Positions 48,405-57,787 of a DNA stretch of 64,000 bases are shown here, piece after piece (position 1 is the first letter of the stretch; each line of letters opens with the position of its first letter). The stretch is from an uncultured Gammaproteobacteria bacterium (lineage in GTDB: Bacteria; Patescibacteriota; Patescibacteriia; SG8-24): the NCBI GenBank assembly GCA_964491475.1, contig CAZBFO010000001.1, positions 189,265 through 253,264 of the forward strand, read 5' to 3'. The notes under the pieces were generated by a model. The model was not told the DNA's origin. It made no database searches and saw nothing but the letters and a program-made list of their open reading frames with translations. The position numbers and the translations under genes were made by a program.

Positions 48405-49895
48405 ATGCGCAGACGCCACATTATCGCCGCAGCCTTAGCCTGCGGCTCGTTGCTCATCGCCGCCGGCGTCTTGGCCGCGACGACAACGGCCCACGACGGC
48501 ACCCTCATCAAGAGCAAATCGTCCGCTTCCGTCTACTACTACGGCGGCAACGGCAAGCGTTATGCCTTCCCCAACGAGCATACCTACTCCTCGTGGTACG
48601 ACGACTTCAGCGGCGTAGCCACCATCACCGATGCCGACCTGGCGGCCATCCCGCTCGGCGGCAACGTCACTTATAAACCGGGCGTCCGTCTGGTGAAGGT
48701 CCAGACCGACCCCAAGGTGTACGCGGTGGATGCCAACGGCACCCTGCGCCCCATAAAGGACGAGGCCGCGGCCAAGGCGCTTTACGGCGACGATTGGAAC
48801 AAGCGGATTGACGACATCCCCGACGCCTTCTTCACCAACTACGCCGTCGGCGCGGAAATCGACTCTGCCGACGACTTCAGCCCGGACGATGCCGAAACCG
48901 AAGCGGCCGACATCGCCACCGACCGGCACATCCCCAAGAACGAGGGCGGCATTCCCGGCAGCTCCGTCACCCTCGACCTGACCAAGCTCCCCCTCGGTGA
49001 CGGCAAATACACTTCGAACGGCGCCAAGAAAGGGTACGTCTATGTCTGCCAGACCGCCTTTAACGGCGGCGGCGCGCAGCAGAACGGCTCATGGATAAAC
49101 ACCTCCGCCAAAACCTGGGACGCTACAAAGAAAATCGCCGTCAAGGGGAGCGTCGATTGGCCGACCGCCGCATATTCGATGACGGTTTCCGGCAGCGACC
49201 GCAAGATCACCTCCAACGGCCTGCCCGTCGGCAGCAACACCGGCACCTTCCCCGTCGCCGCCTCCGACCCCGCCTACCAGATCGACCGCAACCCCAACAC
49301 CATCAAGGCCACTTCGATTTCGCTGACGCTGCCCGCCAACCCCACGCTCGGCACCACGGCCAAATGCGTCCGCGGCCAGGTCGGCATCGGCGTGAACGGC
49401 GTCCCCATCTTTGACGGCTTCGACGCCGAAGGCCGCGACGCCGTGGCCCACGAAGTGCAGGACTCCTGCGGCGGCCACCCGCAAGAATCCGGCAACTACC
49501 ACTACCACAGCGCCAGCGACTGCATCGTCAGCGGCGGCGCGAACAGTTCCAAGCTGCTCGGCTACGCTTACGACGGCTTCGGCATCTACGGCAGCAAGGA
49601 CGCCAGCGGCAAAACGCTGACCACCGCCGACCTCGACGAATGCCACGGCATCACCAGCCAGGTGCTGTGGGACGGCAAATCGGTGAGCATGTACCACTAC
49701 GTGGCCACCAGCGACTTCCCCTACACCGTCGGCTGCTTCAAGGGCTCGGTGAGCAAGGAGCCGACGCCCAGCGGAGCGCCGAGCGGCGGAACGACGCAGC
49801 AGGGCGGCGGATCAAGCACGATGCCTCCCCCACCGCCAGAGGACAGCCCGTTGCCGATGGGCCCGGGCAGCCTGATGATGGGCAGGCTGCACTAA
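48405..49895 (+). CDS. Secreted YHYH-domain protein
   Basis: Signal peptide (MRRRHIIAAALACGSLLIAAGVLA). YHYHSASDC...LLGYAYDGFGIYG matches the YHYH motif family. A Pro-rich C-terminal tail is present. Confidence 0.7.
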   Translation: MRRRHIIAAALACGSLLIAAGVLAATTTAHDGTLIKSKSSASVYYYGGNGKRYAFPNEHTYSSWYDDFSGVATITDADLAAIPLGGNVTYKPGVRLVKVQTDPKVYAVDANGTLRPIKDEAAAKALYGDDWNKRIDDIPDAFFTNYAVGAEIDSADDFSPDDAETEAADIATDRHIPKNEGGIPGSSVTLDLTKLPLGDGKYTSNGAKKGYVYVCQTAFNGGGAQQNGSWINTSAKTWDATKKIAVKGSVDWPTAAYSMTVSGSDRKITSNGLPVGSNTGTFPVAASDPAYQIDRNPNTIKATSISLTLPANPTLGTTAKCVRGQVGIGVNGVPIFDGFDAEGRDAVAHEVQDSCGGHPQESGNYHYHSASDCIVSGGANSSKLLGYAYDGFGIYGSKDASGKTLTTADLDECHGITSQVLWDGKSVSMYHYVATSDFPYTVGCFKGSVSKEPTPSGAPSGGTTQQGGGSSTMPPPPPEDSPLPMGPGSLMMGRLH

Positions 49896-49908
49896 TCGCG
49901 CCAGATGC

Positions 49909-49940
49909 AAAAACACCGCCCGAAGGCGGTGTTTTTCGAT
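49909..49940. terminator. Bidirectional terminator between the YHYH gene and rpsI
   Basis: aaaacaccgcccgaaggcggtgtttttcg. Confidence 0.6.
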
Positions 49941-49953
49941 TCGTTGGAAGCGG

Positions 49954-50550
49954 TTAGCGCTTCGCCCACTGCGAGCTCTTGCGGGCCTTCTTGTGGCCGT
50001 ACTTTTTGCGTTCCTTCTCGCGGGGGTCGCGGGTCAGGTAGCCGAGCTTTTTGAGGGACTTGCGGTAGGCGGGGTTCAACTCGATCAGGGCGCGGGCGAT
50101 GCTGTGGCGGGCCGCTTCGGCCTGGCCGTGCATGCCGCCGCCGGAGACCTTGAGGTCGACGTTGGCAGCCATGGAACCGACGGCCTTGAGGGGCGCGGTC
50201 ACGGCTTCCTGGTGATCGTACACCGTGAAGTAGGTCTTGAAGGGCTTGCCGTTGACCTTGATTTCGCCGCCCATGTTGGGGAAAAGGCGGGCCTGCGCGA
50301 TCGAGGTCTTGCGACGACCGAGAGCGTAGACGTACTCGCCAGCGGGAAGCTTCCTCGAAGGTGGGAGGGCTTCGACCTCGGCAAACGCGCCGACGGCAGC
50401 GGACTCATCGGACGACTCGGCTTTGGCGACCGTCTCCTTGGCTTCCGCCTTCTTGGGAGCAGCGTGCTTGGCAGGAGCCTTGGCCGCGGCCTTGTGGGCG
50501 CGAGGCTTCTTCTCGGCTGCTTCCTCGGTATTTTTCTTGGCAGTCGTCAT
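49954..50550 (-). CDS. rpsI: 30S ribosomal protein S9 with a ~70-aa Lys/Ala-rich N-terminal extension
   Basis: The C-terminal 128 aa (GRRKTSIAQARL...YLTRDPREKERKKYGHKKARK) is S9. The N-terminus is AKKNTEEAAEKKPRAHKAAAKAPAKHAAPKK. Confidence 0.85.
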   Translation of the reverse strand: MTTAKKNTEEAAEKKPRAHKAAAKAPAKHAAPKKAEAKETVAKAESSDESAAVGAFAEVEALPPSRKLPAGEYVYALGRRKTSIAQARLFPNMGGEIKVNGKPFKTYFTVYDHQEAVTAPLKAVGSMAANVDLKVSGGGMHGQAEAARHSIARALIELNPAYRKSLKKLGYLTRDPREKERKKYGHKKARKSSQWAKR

Positions 50551-50552
50551 AG

Positions 50553-50921
50553 TTAGTCGTTCTTGATCGTGAGTCTCTTCATGCGGTCCTTGCGCTGGCT
50601 GTTCTTCGGGAGCATGGAGTAGACGGCGTGCTCGATGGCCTTGGCCGGGTTCTTGGCCATGACCTCCTTGAGCTGCGTCTTGCGCATGCCGCCCGGGTAA
50701 CCGGAGTAGGCGTAGAAATGCTTGCTGTCGAGCTTCTTGCCGGTGACCTTCACCTTGGCGGCGTTGCGGACTTCGACGATGTCTCCGCGGTCCTGATACT
50801 GCACGTAGTCCGTGCGGTTCTTACCCTGGAGCATCATGGCCACCTTGGTGGCGATGCGTCCGACGCTCTCCCCCGTCGCGTCGATGGTCGTGGTGTTGCG
50901 ATTGATGGGTTTGCGCGGCAT
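50553..50921 (-). CDS. rplM: 50S ribosomal protein L13
   Basis: TTTIDATGESVGRIATKVAMMLQGK. The start is taken at an internal Met (MPRKPI), although an upstream non-ATG start is possible. Confidence 0.8.
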   Translation of the reverse strand: MPRKPINRNTTTIDATGESVGRIATKVAMMLQGKNRTDYVQYQDRGDIVEVRNAAKVKVTGKKLDSKHFYAYSGYPGGMRKTQLKEVMAKNPAKAIEHAVYSMLPKNSQRKDRMKRLTIKND

Positions 50922-50922
50922 A

Positions 50923-51273
50923 TCAGACAAGTTCAATCTGGACCATCTCGGCGCCATCGCCTTCGCGGCGAACGAGGTTAGTGATGCGGGTGTATCCGCC
51001 GGCGCGATCCTTGTAGCGGGGGCCAAGCTCTTCGATGACCTTCTTGGCAGCGTTCTCGCTGTAGAAGAACGAGGAGAGCTTGCGGCGTCCGACCAGTCCG
51101 CCGGCCTTGCCGGTAGTGATGGCGCGCTCGACGAGCGGGCACACCGCCTTGGCCTTGGCGCGGGTGGTCTTCACTTTTTCGAACAGGACGATGCTCGTCG
51201 CGAGGTTCCTAAGCAAGGCTTCGCGCGGGCCCTTCTTCCGATCGAGGATTTTTCCTGAATTTCGGTGGCGCAT
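50923..51273 (-). CDS. rplQ: 50S ribosomal protein L17
   Basis: MRHRNSGKILDRKKGPREALLRNLATSIVLFEKVKTT. Confidence 0.85.
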   Translation of the reverse strand: MRHRNSGKILDRKKGPREALLRNLATSIVLFEKVKTTRAKAKAVCPLVERAITTGKAGGLVGRRKLSSFFYSENAAKKVIEELGPRYKDRAGGYTRITNLVRREGDGAEMVQIELV

Positions 51274-51320
51274 AATGTGAGCTAACTTGCTGGAACCGTA
51301 TCGTCCTTATCAGCGGTGGA

Positions 51321-52154
51321 TTACTTCTTAGCCTTCTTGGCGGCCTTCTTGGCCTTCTTGGGCTTTTCTTCGGACTCGCCTTCCTGCATCGGAGCTTCTT
51401 CCATTTCGGCCGGTGCTTCCGAGGAGGCCATCTCGGCTGCCGGCGCTTCGGTGACCGCGGCCTCCATGCCCATGGCGGCGACGAGGTTGAAGTGGTCGAG
51501 AATGATCTTGACCGACTGGTCGACCGCCTCGCGAGGAGTGATCGTGCCGTCCGTCTCGATGTTCATGAGGAGCTTGTCGAAGTTGGTGATCTGCCCGACG
51601 CGGACGTTCTCCACCTTGTAGCCCACTTCGCGAATAGGCGAATAAACGGCGTCGATGGCGATCATGCCCAGCTCCGGCTTCTCCTTGGAGCGCTCTTCGA
51701 CCGTGACGTAGCCGCGGCCGCGACCCACGAAGATCTCCATCTCGAACTCTGCCTTCTTGTCGGTGAGCGTCGCGATGTGGAGGTCGGGGTTGACCACCTC
51801 GACGTCGGCGTTGGCCTCGATGTCGGCGGCGGTAACGTTCTTCTCGCCCTTGGCCTTCAAGGTCAGGCGGACCGGCTCGTCGGAGAAGAGGCGGAAGCGC
51901 AGCGACTTGAGGTTCAGGATGAGCTCGAGCATGTCTTCCTGCACGCCCGGAATGGCGGAGAACTCATGCGAGGCACCCTTGATTTTGACGGCGGTGACGG
52001 CCGCGCCCGGAAGGGACGACAGCATGACACGGCGCATGGCGTTACCGAGCGTGGTTCCGTAGCCGTGCCAGCAGGGCTCCACGACGAGCGTGGCCTTGCG
52101 TGCATCTTCGCCGGGAATAAGCTCGATTTTCGACGGAAGCAAGATTTCTTCCAT
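51321..52154 (-). CDS. rpoA: DNA-directed RNA polymerase alpha subunit, N-terminal domain only; C-terminal domain replaced by an acidic/Lys-rich tail
   Basis: The alpha-NTD (GYGTTLGNAMRRVMLSSLPGAAVTAVKI) is present. After about residue 230 only low-complexity ...EAPMQEGESEEKPKKAKKAAKKAKK follows. Confidence 0.85.
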   Translation of the reverse strand: MEEILLPSKIELIPGEDARKATLVVEPCWHGYGTTLGNAMRRVMLSSLPGAAVTAVKIKGASHEFSAIPGVQEDMLELILNLKSLRFRLFSDEPVRLTLKAKGEKNVTAADIEANADVEVVNPDLHIATLTDKKAEFEMEIFVGRGRGYVTVEERSKEKPELGMIAIDAVYSPIREVGYKVENVRVGQITNFDKLLMNIETDGTITPREAVDQSVKIILDHFNLVAAMGMEAAVTEAPAAEMASSEAPAEMEEAPMQEGESEEKPKKAKKAAKKAKK

Positions 52155-52193
52155 AGGTGTTTCCTCCTTATTGAATGAGTTCTTCTCGTTTTT

Positions 52194-52823
52194 TTAGCGC
52201 GAGTAGAATTCGACGATCAGCTTCGGATCAAAGCTCTGCTTGAGCTCCTCGCCCTGCGGCTTGGTGAGCACCTTGCCCGTCATGGCGGCGGCATCGAGAT
52301 GCAGCCACTTGGGAGCCTGGTACTTTTCGAGGCGAGCGGTTTCATCCGCGAACAGCTTGCTCTTGGCGATGCGGCCGGAAAGGGTGATGACGTCTCCGAC
52401 CTTCACCTGGTACGACGGGATGGTCACCTTCTTGCCGTTGACGCGGATGTGGCCGTGGCCGGCAATCTGGCGGGCCAGCGCGCGTGACTTGGCGAATCCG
52501 AGGCGATAGATGACGTTGTCGAGGCGCATCTCCAGCATCTGGACCAGGAACTCTCCGGTGTTACCGACCTGGCGAGTGGCCTTGCTGAAGTAGTTGCCGA
52601 ACTGGCGCTCCATCAGGCCGTAGGTGTTCTTGGCCTTCTGCTTCTCGCGAAGCTGGATGCCGTACGGCGTCGGGCGGGTGCGCGAGGTGGGTCCGTGCTG
52701 GCCCGGTTTGAAGGGGCGGCGGGTCACCGGGCACTTGGGGGTAAAGCACTTGTCGCCCTTCAGGTAAAGCTTTTCACCCTCGCGGCGGCACTGCTTGCAT
52801 TTTGCTTCAAGTCTTCGTCCCAT
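52194..52823 (-). CDS. rpsD: 30S ribosomal protein S4
   Basis: CKQCRREGEKLYLKGDKCFTPKCP zinc ribbon followed by an S4 domain. Confidence 0.9.
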   Translation of the reverse strand: MGRRLEAKCKQCRREGEKLYLKGDKCFTPKCPVTRRPFKPGQHGPTSRTRPTPYGIQLREKQKAKNTYGLMERQFGNYFSKATRQVGNTGEFLVQMLEMRLDNVIYRLGFAKSRALARQIAGHGHIRVNGKKVTIPSYQVKVGDVITLSGRIAKSKLFADETARLEKYQAPKWLHLDAAAMTGKVLTKPQGEELKQSFDPKLIVEFYSR

Positions 52824-52834
52824 AGGTGGAAATG

Positions 52835-53296
52835 CTAGACGCGGCGGGGTTTAGGGGCACGGCAGCCGTTGTGCGGAATAGGGGTGATGTCTTTGATGGA
52901 GGAAACGTTGAGGCCGTTGGCGTGGAAAGCGCGGACGGCGCCTTCGCGGCCCGAGCCGACGCCGCAGACGAAGACAGAGACTTCCTTGAGGCCGGACTCC
53001 TTCACCTTGTCGCAGACGTCCTTCACGATGAGGGAGGCGGCGTAAGGGGTGGACTTCTTGGGGCCCTTGAAGCCGACGACGCCGGCGCTGGACCAACCGA
53101 GCACGTTGCCGTTGTTGTCGGTCAGCGTGACGATGGTGTTGTTGTAGGTGGCCTGCACGTAAGCGCGGCCGATGCTGACCTGCTTCACGGCCTTCTTCTT
53201 GCCGCGGGGGCGAGTCGAGGACTTGGCGGCATCAGCGGCACCAGCTTCGGCGGTGACCGGAGCTGCTGCTTCAGTTTTGATCATTTCATCAGCCAT
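52835..53296 (-). CDS. rpsK: 30S ribosomal protein S11
   Basis: IVTLTDNNGNVLGWSSAGVVGFKGPKKSTPYAA. Confidence 0.9.
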   Translation of the reverse strand: MADEMIKTEAAAPVTAEAGAADAAKSSTRPRGKKKAVKQVSIGRAYVQATYNNTIVTLTDNNGNVLGWSSAGVVGFKGPKKSTPYAASLIVKDVCDKVKESGLKEVSVFVCGVGSGREGAVRAFHANGLNVSSIKDITPIPHNGCRAPKPRRV

Positions 53297-53320
53297 ACGT
53301 CAGGTAAGAGACATCATTGA

Positions 53321-53704
53321 TTACTTCTTTTCGACCTTCGTGCGACCGGAGCCCATCGTGCGGCGGGTGTTGCCGCGAACGGTGCGGGAGTTGGTCTTGG
53401 TGCGCTGCCCGCGGACCGGAAGGCCCTTGGCGTGGCGCGAACCGCGGTAGCTGCCGATTTCCTTCAGGCGCTTGATGCTGGCCTGCTGGTCGCGGCGGAG
53501 TTCGCCTTCGACCTTGTAGTTCTTTTCGATCTCGTCGCGGAGCTGCTTTTCTTCCGTGGCGGAGAGGTCGGCGGAACGGGTGTCCTTGTCGATGCCGCAC
53601 TTTTCCAGAATCTCCTTGGATCGGGTCTTACCGATGCCGTAGATGTACTGGAGCGCGACTTCGATGCGCTTGTTCGGAAGGGTGATACCTGCGATACGGG
53701 CCAT
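53321..53704 (-). CDS. rpsM: 30S ribosomal protein S13
   Basis: [25 protein letters not shown]. Confidence 0.9.
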   Translation of the reverse strand: MARIAGITLPNKRIEVALQYIYGIGKTRSKEILEKCGIDKDTRSADLSATEEKQLRDEIEKNYKVEGELRRDQQASIKRLKEIGSYRGSRHAKGLPVRGQRTKTNSRTVRGNTRRTMGSGRTKVEKK

Positions 53705-53737
53705 AGTTTGTGTAGTGAATGATGGGAATGCTGCCGG

Positions 53738-53852
53738 ATCAACCTTGGCGCTGCTTGTGCTTCGCGGTCTTGCAGATCACGCGGAGACGGCCGTAGCGGC
53801 GGATGATTTTGCAGTTCATGCAGATTTTCTTCACTGAAGCGCGGACTTTCAT
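53738..53852 (-). CDS. rpmJ: 50S ribosomal protein L36
   Basis: The minus strand translates to [37 protein letters not shown]. It falls below the 60-aa cutoff of the ORF track. Coordinates are +/-1. Confidence 0.75.
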
Positions 53853-54006
53853 GTGGATTCCCGGGTTGCGACGGCGTAGTTAGTATGGACGGAAACTTCC
53901 GAAAGGAAGTTTCCCACAATGCCGGCTATAATAAAGAGTGGCGCCTTCTAAGGCGTAAGTAGTAACGAGCAATGCTCATTTCCTACCCGCGCAAGTACGT
54001 TGCGCT

Positions 54007-54255
54007 TCAGAAGCGGTAGACGATTCTACCCTTAGTCAAATCGTACGGAGTCATCTCCAGTTTGACCTCGTCGCCGGGAAGGAGACGAATGCGGTTCATT
54101 CGCATCTTTCCGGAGAGATGTCCCAGAATGGTCTGGCCACCCTCGAGACGGATCTTGAACGTTGCTGCAGGAAGACATTCTTCGACGACACCGTTCATTT
54201 CGATGAACCCTTTGGACACCGATTGCGCGTTGTCGTTAGAGGTGTTTCCTGCCAT
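54007..54255 (-). CDS. infA: Translation initiation factor IF-1
   Basis: [65 protein letters not shown]. The start is taken at the internal Met. Confidence 0.85.
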   Translation of the reverse strand: MAGNTSNDNAQSVSKGFIEMNGVVEECLPAATFKIRLEGGQTILGHLSGKMRMNRIRLLPGDEVKLEMTPYDLTKGRIVYRF

Positions 54256-54494
54256 AACGCCTTGAAGTGTACCGTGGACGATAAAAAATCGCAAGCCTAG
54301 GGCCTACGACTCTGCGGGACTTTTCCACAAAGCGTTGCCATTGTAGCAGTCCCTGTTTATCTGTCAAGGATTTTGGGGTGATAATTAAATCAGCCTTATT
54401 TTGACCTTTTCAACTCCTGCCTTTTGTACATTTTTAAGGCTAAAAAGTGCAAAAAATATGTCGTTTTTTTGGCTAAAATTAGCCATTTTTACTC

Positions 54495-54523
54495 TTGACA
54501 AAAAGGGCGTTTTGTGCTATACT
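54495..54523 (+). promoter_or_regulatory. Consensus sigma70 promoter (TTGACA - 17 nt - TATACT) upstream of the small repeat protein gene
   Basis: cTTGACAaaaagggcgttttgtgcTATACTcg. A GGAGG Shine-Dalgarno lies 6 nt upstream of the ATG at 54577. Confidence 0.55.
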
Positions 54524-54576
54524 CGTCTTAGGTCAGTAACGAAGCATACAACCAAGTCACACATTCGGAGGAATAC

Positions 54577-54918
54577 ATGCTCATTGCCATCGCCATCGCG
54601 TTCTGCCTCTGCCTGGTCGTCACGCTTGCGTTCGTTCCCGTGATGATGAACTCCGGCCAAATCAGCCGAGAGGAAGAGGTCAAGGAGGTCATCTACAACA
54701 AGACCCTGACCTTCAAGAACAAGATCATCATCGACGCCGAGTTCGAAGACTGCCTGGACAACCTCCCGGTCGTCCAACAGCCCTCGTCCGGCATCGTGCG
54801 CATCATGTCATCGTACGACCTGGACAACTTCCCGGTCGTTTACAAGCCTTCGTCCGGCACGGTACGCGTGTCGGCCTACAGCCCGCCCAGCGCTCGCAAG
54901 GTCAACCTCTTCGTCTGA
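54577..54918 (+). CDS. Small membrane-anchored protein with an internal ~19-aa tandem repeat
   Basis: N-terminal TM segment (LIAIAIAFCLCLVVTLAFVPVMM). The repeat units are DNLPVVQQPSSGIVRIMSSYDL and DNFPVVYKPSSGTVRVSAYSP. Confidence 0.45.
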   Translation: MLIAIAIAFCLCLVVTLAFVPVMMNSGQISREEEVKEVIYNKTLTFKNKIIIDAEFEDCLDNLPVVQQPSSGIVRIMSSYDLDNFPVVYKPSSGTVRVSAYSPPSARKVNLFV

Positions 54919-54948
54919 AACGGACAACTCTCGCCAGGGAGCAAAAAA

Positions 54949-55134
54949 ATGAAGAACGAAAACGTTCACACCGCAGAGACCGTTCGTCCGCCCGCCGGCT
55001 ACCCCAACGACATGCCGACCATGCGGCCGGAAGCGCCCTTCGTCGAGTTCGGCGAAGTACAGCTCGAGAAGCCCGAGCCCACCCTGGCCGAGCAGTCGGC
55101 CGCCCAGCTCAAGCGCCTCGAACAGCGCAAGTAA
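54949..55134 (+). CDS. Small hypothetical protein (61 aa)
   Basis: Short ORF followed by the hairpin aaacggcctcccacttggtgaggccgtttt. Confidence 0.3.
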   Translation: MKNENVHTAETVRPPAGYPNDMPTMRPEAPFVEFGEVQLEKPEPTLAEQSAAQLKRLEQRK

Positions 55135-55280
55135 CCTCTCTCAAAACGGCCTCCCACTTGGTGAGGCCGTTTTACGTTGCGGCTTTTTTGCCGCCCATGC
55201 TAGGGTGGAATATCTTCGCTTCGTGCGAAGGCGTTCTTTTTTGCGCCGGCCAGCAAGGGCCAACCAAGGAGATCTGGGTC

Positions 55281-56012
55281 ATGCATGATATCTGTCACGA
55301 TATCAATATCGCGGAAATCCGACTTTCCGATGAACAACAGTTCCAAAAGCACGTGTCCAAGGACAAGATCAGCTTCAACTGGGAGTCGATACCGGCGGTA
55401 GGATTCGCGGGCCTGATACTTTCCATCGCGCTGTTCGTGCTCGCGAAGTGCTTCTGGGAAGCGCAGATCGACATCCTCCTCACCCTGATCACGGGCGGCG
55501 GTGTCGGCACGGCGCTCGGCATCTTGAATGAACGTCGCAGGCTCAAGCTGATTCCCGACGAGGAAAAACGATGGCATGCCGACTACGTCGCGGTTTGCGA
55601 CGACATCGAACGGTTCAGCGAACGCCTGGAGGCTTTTCGGAAACTGGCCAAGACGATCGAACGGACGCACGAGATCGATGCAACGCTCACCGACAGGTAC
55701 TTGGCGGAACGCAATGAGCTGGCCCGTCGACTCCGCGTGTTCCTCCGTGTCCTGGCGCTCAAGCACTACGAAGCGGTGGTCGCCAAGAACACCGACGGTC
55801 GCTTCCGCGATACCCGCGACGTGAGCGAACAGGTGTTCGCCAATCGCGTACGCGTGGCCGAGGGTGAAGCGGAAATCGAGAAGCTCCTGGCCAAGGACCG
55901 CTCGCCGAACGAGGCGGAGTTCCGAAGGCTGGAGGCGCAAAGCGGCGGCGACGCCGAGCGCGAAGACGAACCGGTCGCATCGGTGCGCACGTTGCGGGCC
56001 CACGGCGACTAG
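55281..56012 (+). CDS. Two-TM membrane protein, paralog 1 of a tandem three-gene family (unknown function)
   Basis: AAGGAG Shine-Dalgarno. 2-TM hairpin, then RRRLKLIPDEEKRWHADYV...ERLEAFRKL...GRFRDTRDVSEQVFANRVRVAEGE. A terminator follows at 56019-56055. Confidence 0.55.
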   Translation: MHDICHDINIAEIRLSDEQQFQKHVSKDKISFNWESIPAVGFAGLILSIALFVLAKCFWEAQIDILLTLITGGGVGTALGILNERRRLKLIPDEEKRWHADYVAVCDDIERFSERLEAFRKLAKTIERTHEIDATLTDRYLAERNELARRLRVFLRVLALKHYEAVVAKNTDGRFRDTRDVSEQVFANRVRVAEGEAEIEKLLAKDRSPNEAEFRRLEAQSGGDAEREDEPVASVRTLRAHGD

Positions 56013-56175
56013 GCGACGAGAAGATGCGTAAGGACCTCTCTACTACGACGGTCCTTTTTTATTTTCTCACTATCAAACGGGCGCTTGCCGCTGATTGACT
56101 CCCCCGCCGTTCTGGGCTAGGTTGGAAATCCTGTAGCGTTTCGACGCAACGGGAGCACAGATACGGAGCAATAAG

Positions 56176-56901
56176 ATGCAGTCTACGTACAGGGAAAGCG
56201 CCGTGACGGTCGGAGAAATCGAACCGTTCGCGAGGAACGACGGTGAACGCGTCGAACGATGGCAGCAGACGCAGCGCTCGATGAACGCCATCGAGGAGTG
56301 CCGGCCGGTACGGGTGAGCGACTGGTTCTGGGAATGCAGCAGTCTGGGCGTGTTCCTGACGGCGCTGACCGTTCTTATCTCGCTTCCAGCTGCCGTTCTC
56401 CTGGATGTGAGCCTGAAGCCCAGTGCCATGCAGTGGCTCATCATCGGTGGCGCCGCGCTTGCATTCCTGCTGACGGCTAACGTCCTCCTCTCTCGCCGGC
56501 ACTGTCGCCGAAAGCGGCTTGCCGCCTTGAAGGAGATCGCTCCCGAAGAGCTCGCCTGGCATCACCGAACGGTCGAGATCAACGATCTGCTGGGGAAGTT
56601 CGACAGCCGCCTCGAAGCGCTGAAGGACTATGACGCGAACGCGGAGAAGGGTTACGGCGTCAGCCCCTCGGATGCCGCCAGATGCGCAACCGAGCGCGCG
56701 GTTTTGGATGCCCGAAGGCGCGCCCTCGGACGCGAGGAAGCCATCAGAAAACTGAAGGCGTCGGGCTACTACGGCATGGTCGAACTGTTCGCCGAAAAAG
56801 AAGTGGAAGAGAGGAAGCGCGTTGACACGCGGCTCATCGACCACGGCGTGGACGGGACGGACTTCACCGTCGCCGATTACCGGAACAGATGGCAGGGATG
56901 A
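56176..56901 (+). CDS. Two-TM membrane protein, paralog 2
   Basis: 2-TM hairpin, then RRKRLAALKEIAPEELAWHHRTV...FDSRLEALKDYDANAEKG. A terminator follows at 56905-56940. Confidence 0.55.
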   Translation: MQSTYRESAVTVGEIEPFARNDGERVERWQQTQRSMNAIEECRPVRVSDWFWECSSLGVFLTALTVLISLPAAVLLDVSLKPSAMQWLIIGGAALAFLLTANVLLSRRHCRRKRLAALKEIAPEELAWHHRTVEINDLLGKFDSRLEALKDYDANAEKGYGVSPSDAARCATERAVLDARRRALGREEAIRKLKASGYYGMVELFAEKEVEERKRVDTRLIDHGVDGTDFTVADYRNRWQG

Positions 56902-57026
56902 CGAAACCCCCGCGGCTCTTGCCGACGGGGGTATTTTTTTGCGTGAGCGGGGCGGGACGGTCAGCGTTGACCCAGCGGCACAAAACTGCTACGTTCGGAC
57001 AGCCAGAAGCAAGGAGTCCTTTTTCA

Positions 57027-57787
57027 TGGCGACGAACATCATGGCTGTCAGGCGATTCATCTTGGACCGGTACGTCAACGAGTACGGGGCCAAAGACTTT
57101 CGCTGGTTTGAGGAACGGCGAGAAAAGTGGCTTAAGGAGAGCCAAGAAGCGAACATCAAGCAGGTGGACGGTTACGAAACGGCGTCCATCGCCCGGCTGG
57201 TGGCGGCGATAATCGGCGGTTTCGTCTTGCTCCTGGCCGGGGCGGCAGGCACCGCCACGCACCTGCTGCCCATGGTCGCGTATGCTGCGGCGCTCATCTG
57301 CATGCTGCTGTGCACGCTGCGCATCAGCCGCCTGCGAAGCTCGGAACGCCGCAGGATCGCCGCCATTCCGGCGCCGCGCCGCGAGTGGCACGAGCGGCTG
57401 GTAGCGCTCATGGCCAGGGTCGAGGCGTTCAATTCGCGTCTGCACGCCTTCCAGCTGTATGCCGCCAACGCGGAGTCGGGCCAGGAGGTCGACCCTGCGG
57501 TGGTCGAAAAGTACGCCGCGGAACGGCAGGAGCTCGTCAACCTCGAGTGCAAGCTGATGCGCGACCATGCGACCATGGAGTTCGACGCTGCCAACGCCGA
57601 AGACGGCGGCAGCTTCCGCGAAACGCGCGACCTCTCCGACGCCATCTTCATGAACAAGGTGCGTTACGCGGCGGAAGACGGGCAGCCGGCCGGTTCGGTC
57701 ACCGAACTCCCTCCCGACGAACGCTTCCGAGCCTTCGACGAGGCGGCGGATCGGGAATCTGCATCCACGAAAAACCACGCGGGCTGA
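57027..57787 (+). CDS. Two-TM membrane protein, paralog 3
   Basis: AAGGAG Shine-Dalgarno. 2-TM hairpin, then ERRRIAAIPAPRREWHERLV...FNSRLHAFQLYAANAESG...SFRETRDLSDAIFMNKVRYAAEDG. A terminator follows at 57803-57835. Confidence 0.55.
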
